From positions 1 to 64,000 of the forward strand of contig ADNK01000904.1 in assembly GCA_000320545.1 (NCBI GenBank): a stretch of DNA of 64,000 nucleotides. Direction: 5' to 3'. The notes under the pieces are model-generated. The model saw nothing but the letters and a program-made list of their open reading frames with translations, did not search any database and was not told where the DNA came from. This document shows, in pieces, positions 62,701 to 64,000 of this stretch (its first letter is position 1; each line of letters opens with the position of its first letter). The position numbers were made by a program, and so were the translations under genes. Source of the DNA: Bigelowiella natans CCMP2755 (lineage: Eukaryota; Protista; Cercozoa).

Positions 62701-63000
62701 GAATTGTTGGGTGTCTTGGACCTTATTGGAAAAGTCCGGAGTATCTCTTTATGCTCAAAGATGGGAACAGGTAATCATGCATGCTAGAATAAGCAACCTC
62801 GTAGAAATTTATAGAATAACCAAATTTGTGACATCATGATCAATAATGTGCGAAGGAACTTGTCAGACCTGGGTTCGTCCCGGGCATCTTCGGTAATCTT
62901 CTTGTACTATCTCCACAACTCTATAGCGCAAATTGAAGCGAAAACTATATAATTTTCAGTGCCATTGCGAACACGTATCAAGCATCCCTCCAGCGTCTTG
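59800..63000 (-). other. Probable multi-exon gene of unknown function
   Basis: Several short open segments flanked by GT/AG-like signals; no recognisable family motif. Confidence 0.25.
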
Positions 63001-64000
63001 ACCTAGGTCTATGGTGTGAAATGAAGCATTCTCCAAATCGTTATCGCTTTAAAGTCCTGACAGACGAACTGGTTCAAATTCAAAGCTTTTAGCTGTAAAT
63101 ATTGAATAATGTGACATGTAGTTTAATCTATTAGTTATTTAAAAATGAAAGCAAACGATGTATCTCATTGATTATGGTATCCATAGAGAAATCTAAGATG
63201 TATATTGAACAATAATAGAAGGATATCAGTGAACTTCGATGCCCGTTGGAGTGCCTTGTTCAAAACACAAAAGCCATCTCAACCTTCAAAAATCTATCGA
63301 AGTACAATTACAATACAAACTTGAAATAGCCAGCATTTTTGTACAGTGTTTGGTGCATGTTCAATTTATAATAGTAACTATTCGCATAGGCTGTCCATTG
63401 GGAGCTCTGGATGCTCAACGCAGTTATTACGTTCTTTAGTTGGATACTTGGCACACCTCCCACACCTTAGGTGATAATGATGATTGCCCACGATATTTAT
63501 TACTCTTACAATAACCATATCGACATCTGATGAATGTGTAAACGCAACAATATGTCTGCAGGTCATTCTACGTCCAAGCTCATTTTGACGCAGAGCTAGC
63601 TGTGCTATTGTCCAAATGTAGATCATTGAAACAGCTTAGTTTTGGAGGTGAGAAGAGATAGTACGACAAATATATGATTATCATATAAATTTCGATTTTG
63701 ATTCCCCTTTGAGATCTAATTCAAATATATTATGGGAATTATTCACGCGTTGCAGGAGAGGGTATGAGCGACGACGCTGCCAGACACATCCAGCACCTTA
63801 TCCAGCTCGAGTTAATATTTAAATCTTCTTCCAAAACTTTCGATGAGAATCTCCAAGATTATGAACAGTTCACATGAAAATCATAATAATTTCGCAGATA
63901 TTTAGATGCCTCTGGGAATGACGGTAGCCAACACATTCCTTTATGCCTCACGGATATCGGACTAGGGTAAATAGCAGTAGCAAAGAGGACGCGAAATTAT

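Noticed and set aside
1-64000. tRNA or rRNA genes
   Set aside because: None recognised by eye; the 8466-8541 hairpin cluster lacks tRNA D- and T-loop consensus. tRNAscan-SE or Infernal would be needed to exclude them.

Overview
This is a eukaryotic, intron-rich, microsatellite-rich nuclear sequence of protist or algal style; a chlorarachniophyte-like host is plausible but is inference only. Bases 1 to ~8566 are the right-hand part of an AT-rich endogenous DNA virus (Polinton-like virus / virophage / Polinton type) that continues off the left edge. It carries a minimal protein-primed-type PolB with no exonuclease, a D5/SF3 helicase with no primase, small basic ORFs, a 21-bp repeat array, a two-exon gene with a spliceosomal intron, a six-repeat Kelch gene, and a hairpin-rich terminus ending in ...ATTATTACT. 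Four consecutive genes share a TATTTAAA(G/A)A motif at exactly the same distance from the ATG. Directly to the right (8567-10045) is a TpA-poor segment containing stacked LINE 3' ends. It has almost no TpA except in CTAG, which suggests a RIP-like but GC-increasing (A-to-G) mutational defence. The rest is host genes: a PX-BAR sorting nexin, a SET lysine methyltransferase, an Mpo1/DUF962 protein, a hybrid histidine kinase, a 12-kb DUF1800-DUF1501 fusion, an S28 Pro-X carboxypeptidase, a BIVM/papain-like protein, and a giant (>3700 aa) UBL/SUMO-like/NOT4-RING protein. All counts and splice sites were read by eye; no database searches were run.
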